Assembly (NCBI GenBank): GCA_000708835.1
Contig: DF237184.1
Location: 69,486-133,485, forward strand
Direction: 5' to 3'
Source of the DNA: Klebsormidium nitens
Lineage: Eukaryota; Plantae; Klebsormidiophyceae
DNA length: 64,000 nt
The first letter of the stretch is position 1; each line of letters starts with the position of its first letter. Shown here piece after piece: positions 59,298-64,000 of this stretch. The notes under the pieces are model-generated. The model saw nothing but the letters and a program-made list of their open reading frames with translations. It did no database searches and had not been told where the DNA came from. The translations under genes and the position numbers were made by a program.

Positions 59298-59856
59298 TTC
59301 AATCCTGTCGATTTTGGCTCACTAGTTATGCAGTCACCATTGTATCACCAAATATCAAGTTTGTGCGTCCGACAAAGTCATTGGTTATTGCGAGATGTCG
59401 ACGCTCTAACGGTCTTGTGATTGAGCATGCATGCATGGAAGGCAATTTTGGCAACTTAGGTGTTGCTTGACAACGGTGATTGGAGCGTGATACATAGTAA
59501 TCACTCGGGGCTCCTTGTCTGCAACACGTATTACAGTTAAGAGGTACAACCGACTCGGTCTTTTGATTATGCATAAGTTTGGGCACCGCGTCCTTAGCTA
59601 GAACCGTCCTTACTTGCTTAACTGTACCAAGATTGAAATTTGAAACCCCTAGCTAGGCGCCAATCACCATTGTATCTTAGATCTAAAGGTTGACATGGAT
59701 TCGCAAGCAACATAAATATGCACTTCGACCACTTCTACTGCCCTTTTATTTCAACTACCAACGGTAAAAGCGAAGATTGCGGTTTATTCAAATGACAAGC
59801 ATTGGGAAACGTGGTCTTTAGTTGTCGTTGCAGCGCCTGTAGAGTCCCCAACGTCT

Positions 59857-62800
59857 TCAATTCTGCATGAGGAGGCGACGGCCGGACGAGACAGCGTGCG
59901 GTGGCCCAGCCGAGGCACCAGCCAGTCCAGCCACATTGTTGTTCTCGGGTTCCTGCAATTACAGAAACGAACCAGAGGGGAGGTCACTTGCACAATGTGC
60001 AAAGCAAGGAGCTCATTGATCACAAGAACCTAGCTACGGCCGAGGTGCACCTCGTGACAAGAGAGGACATCCCCATTGATCACTCGGCTCAAAGTTCAAA
60101 ACGAATGACGATCGGATCCAGACTTCGGAAGCAGAACGGACACGCGAACCTTAGCAATCAACCGACGGCCTTTTCGTCTCTTTGCTGTGAGCATACACTC
60201 CCAGCCTTGTTGGCAAATTGCTGAGCTTCAAAACCTTTTGATTTTACAGGCTTTTCCATGCGAGATGTGCAGGCGACGCAGTCATAGTAGCTAGCGGTCT
60301 CGGTAAGAGCGACATAGGACGGCAGCCCGCCAGTGCTTCGCACGGCACAAGGGTCCACGAAGTTAGGTAGCCAAGTGTCAGAAAGCGACCAAGTAGACGG
60401 GATGATCAAACATAGCCAGAAGTCGAGATCAGCGTCGAATCAACAGTAACCGTACAGTCAATGGGAACAAATGACGTATACAAGCTGGAAAGATGACGCT
60501 GGCGCAGGGCAGACCTGGATGTATTGGACTGTTTGTCGGACTTACTCCAGATCGCCGGGACGCGTTTTCAAGTGTCCGAGCAAGTCCGGACGTGTTCCCA
60601 CTCCGAAAGCTCTTTGTGTCAAGACCCCGCGTCTCAAAAGTGAACCGGCCCATTGCTATATTGCTAAATCCGGTTCAAACGACGCTTTGGCGTTTGGCGA
60701 CTTCATTGAGCCGGATGCGAATTGCGGTATGCATTCGCTTCGGGCTGACGATTTTCAATCACGGAGCTCTCCCGCTTGATTTGGGGAGCAAGGCAGACTG
60801 GGCCATTATTGACGCTCCTCCGGCCTTGATCGAATCAGAAAGAGTTTTGTGAAAGATCCAAAAATGAAAGCCCCAAAAGTCACAAAAGCAGGCAGGGAAA
60901 CGAGCACGCGAGGTGGCATACCTTGCCGAACCGACTGAAAGCGCAATCTGCTTCGGTCAGACTCGAGGTGGCATAGTCGTCATCGGTACCCTCCACGTAC
61001 TCCCGGTGACGTAAGCCCTCGAGGGTGCCCATGTCCAGCCTCTTGGAAATAGCCCCAGGTGCAAACATCTGTCCAAGAAACTGCACCTCGAAGAAACTCT
61101 AGTGTAAGTAAAGGTCTAAATGCCAAAATACTTGACCCGCCCAAACCTTCAACGAGAAGACTTCAGGCCCCAGAATCATTTAAATCATTGCAAACATAGA
61201 GTGAAATCAGTCCACAAGGTTGCAAAGCGGATGAGCAGTGGAGCGGCAAAGTGTGACAAAAAGTGTAGAATCGAACGGCTTCAAGATGTTTATTTTTGGT
61301 GTGCTTGAACAGACTGTTGACAAGCTGAGTCACAATGACGCATGAACTTTCGACGGCTGCAACGGGCTTTTTAGGCCCATCCTCGCTTCACAGAATGGAG
61401 ACCAGCTTACAAGTGTACAATTCTGATAAGGCCAGATAAGAAAGCGCTAAGATTGCAGAGTTGACTTACCCCATGCACTTTTGGAGTAGTGGAGATGTTC
61501 CTGACGTTGAAGTTTAGGAAGTGAATGGGCGGGTCGGCAATCAGCTCCTTCTCCGAGTCGGTCACCACCTCCATCTCGAGCAGGTTTGAGATGGAAATGA
61601 CAAGCGATTTGATGCGGCCAGCTTCGCGCACAATGCTTGCGAGGCCGTCGGGGCTTTTCCACACGACCGGCCCCGGTGTCTAGATAAAGATGAACGGGCA
61701 AATCATCAGAATTTCTATCAAGATGGTACATGTTGCATATTGTGTCGACGGTGTTACCAGGGCACCTTGAGGCAAAGTACATGGCATACTATTGGGCAAA
61801 GATAACTGCTGCCAGCAAGAATCCCTAAGCGTACCGATCTGCGGCGGTTAGTCACTGAGGAAGCGGAAAGAGGTCCAGGCAAACTTATCGATCTAAAAGA
61901 CAAAAATAGGAAATTAGCCAGCGGGCCACTTTGAACACTTACATCTAAGGCGGCCACGGGAACATCGTCGAAAGTTGTATTGAAAGGCTGCTCGCCAAGC
62001 CTATCAGCAGCAGGATCGAGGAGAATGCTGAGTCTATGAGGCTCCTCTTTCTGGTCAAGGTACATAATCCCAAAGCCCTTCATCCAGGTGCCTTCAAAAA
62101 ACGGGTCAACCTCCTCCATCGGTCGTTGCAGCAAGACGGCTTCTGGGGAGAGGCTAAACATCTGTACTATCACCTGCACAGGGGGTCAATATTTGGCATT
62201 TACGTTAGTAGTTTGCTCTAGTGGTCACACAAAGAAGAAAATGAAACAAGAAGTGCAGCCTGTAAGTATTCCCTCAAGCATGGGAGGTGCCTGCAATGCA
62301 TTGGATGCAACTGAGTGAATGATCTTGCGTAAAATGTCCAGCCCTCTCTATACAATGCAACAGCTCCACACTTAGGCTTAGACTACTCAGTCAGACTATG
62401 TCTTTTCTAAGTATATGGCCTTGCAAGGCAGTGGATGCTTTCCTTCGGTGTGCCCTAGGCAAACATACAACCAGGATTACTTCAGCCAAAACCAGAATTT
62501 GGTATAGCCATTGAACTGGAGTTTGGTATACTAACCTCCAGTCGGTCGTCCGAGATCATGCAATAGTTCTTGCCATTTCTCAGCACAAAAGGGAGGGTTT
62601 GGCAGAGAAAGTTTCCAGAAGAGTGCTTTGTCAACAGGACATCAAGTGACGTGCTACGATTGCGGACGGCAAGGACACATTTCGAGGAACTGTTACCTGA
62701 GGAAAAAATAATACTCTGGTACACTCAAGGTCCCAGTGATCGCTCGGCAAACTGCTCAGCATCTTTCCAGTCCTCTCAAACACTGGTGGCATTGCTTGAG

Positions 62801-63381
62801 ATAGCGACAGACAGTATTTGGCATCCTAGGAGTGACATTACCTGAAACAAACAGACACATGCATAGCAATTGCCTAGCAGTCTGGGGGCTTGAATTATGA
62901 CAGAAAATGTTTATAGCAACAGAGCTGAGTATTTGAAACCCTATCACTGTCTTCTAGCGACATTGACCGAATAGCGACAATAGGAGTATCTGGAACCCTA
63001 GTTCTGTCTTCCGAAATCAGAGAAGAGCAACTGCCAAGCGGATGATAAAAAACAAGAGTCCAGACTGTCATGTAGCGACGATTCTTGGAACTTCAATCCT
63101 GTCTTCTAGTGACATTGCCTGACAGAGCGATAGATATTGGCAAGTTGTACTCTAGCTCTGTTTTCTAGTGACATTGCTAGAAATCAAAACAGGCATATCG
63201 TTTGCAGAGCATTCTGTGGCATAAATGTGACAGAAAATATCAACAGCAACGGAGCTCAGCATTTGGAGTTCTGGTAAAGTCGACTTGTTTCAAAAGCTCA
63301 CAAGTCATAAGCGTAAAACACATCACTTACAGTCTCACAGCCCCTTGTGTTTTCATGCTGCTGCTCCCCTAGCGCCGCCAT
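59857..63381 (-). CDS. Root_cap / late-embryogenesis-related (PF06830-like) domain protein; terminal exons uncertain
   Basis: Exons ~63381-63339, 62696-62536, 62173-61943, 61679-61470, 61080-60922, 60655-60546 and a possible last exon 59952-59857. Motifs resembling the family: GKNYCMISDDRLEV, GTWMKGFGIMY...HRLSI, HFLNFNVRNISTTPKVHGFLGQMF, YATSSLTEADCAFSRF. Confidence 0.6.
62770..63270. repeat. Degenerate intronic repeats in intron 1 of the Root_cap-like gene
   Basis: CTGTCTTCTAG(C/T)GACATTG at ~62946, ~63101 and a variant at ~63160. TGACAGAAAAT...AGCAAC(A/G)GAGCT(G/C)AG(T/C)ATTTG at ~62899 and ~63228. Confidence 0.6.
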
Positions 63382-63826
63382 TGTTGTATTGAATTACAAG
63401 TACTCTAGTGATGGTTTTCAACTCTTGTGGTAGTACAGAACTACGTGCGCCAGTGATGTCTTGTTGCTACTGCCTCTCTCCTAGTTGTGAATATCACCCA
63501 TCCTGTGTCCGGTCACTCTGATTCGCGTGCTTGAAATTGGCCTATCAAGGTGTGCTATGTACAGAGAAATCTGAATACAGTTGCAACATGTTTACGTCAC
63601 ATGACATCACGCGTGCCGCATCCGCGCGCGAACCCGCCAAGGTCTAACATGAGCGGCCGCGGGAGACGTAGCTACCCGCCGCGGGCGCCAGAGTGGTCGC
63701 GCGGCCGCGCAAGTTTCGGTTTCAATGGCACGGTCACGTGTCTGTGTTATTTCGCGCGCGCAGAACGCGGATTTCAATGAAGACATTCGGTGAGTTTTAA
63801 AGCTCGCAAAATTCCGACTAAGATGC

Positions 63827-64000
63827 ATGCCGATTCGCAGCCGGCGTTTCAAATCAGAGGCTTCTCTTGATGTGTGCTACGAGTACGGTAAGGGCGTGGA
63901 GAAAAACGAGAGGCGAGCTTTCGAGCTGTATGCGATGGCCGCCGAGCAAGGGGACACATCAGCGCAGTGCAACCTGGGCGTTTGCTACCATAATCATCGC
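63827..64000 (+). CDS. Sel1-like repeat (SLR) protein fragment; runs off the right edge
   Basis: Open frame from 63827: ...LDVCYEYGKGVEKNERRAFELYAMAAEQGDTSAQCNLGVCYHNHR, which fits the Sel1 consensus (G.GV..D...A...Y..AAEQG...AQ.NLG..Y). Confidence 0.65.
   Translation, partial: MPIRSRRFKSEASLDVCYEYGKGVEKNERRAFELYAMAAEQGDTSAQCNLGVCYHNHR

Noticed and set aside
59576-59590. CTAGAACCGT matching part of the piggyBac-like TIR
   Set aside because: Only 10 bp, with no partner TIR or TTAA.

Overview
Eukaryotic, intron-rich nuclear DNA with plant-type genes and GT-AG introns. A streptophyte green alga such as Klebsormidium is my inference from gene content and style. I reconstructed these spliced genes by hand, checking intron phases: RRP6L3-type exonuclease (-, runs off the left edge), an RRM protein (-), a GEM-like GRAM protein (+), a TauE/SafE-family membrane protein (-), a PES/ELT-type esterase-acyltransferase (+), a PBS1/PBL-type RLCK-VII kinase with a long C-terminal tail (+), a DUF4079 protein (+), pICln (-), a P5A ATPase (PDR2/MIA/Spf1 type, +), a Root_cap-like protein (-) and a Sel1-repeat fragment at the right edge. 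Three non-autonomous TIR elements are present; no rRNA, tRNA or CRISPR array was supported. Two observations stand out. (1) A second copy of the last four P5A exons (TM5-TM10) at 56.7-59.3 kb keeps its frame and its internal splice sites and shows mostly synonymous divergence. An orphan multi-exon gene lies just upstream in compatible phase, which suggests either an alternative membrane module for the ATPase or a new chimeric gene. (2) Introns in three genes carry degenerate tandem 'echoes' of the neighbouring exon-intron junction at about 100-220 bp spacing, some of which offer in-frame alternative acceptors. All family calls come from motif recognition; no database search was run.
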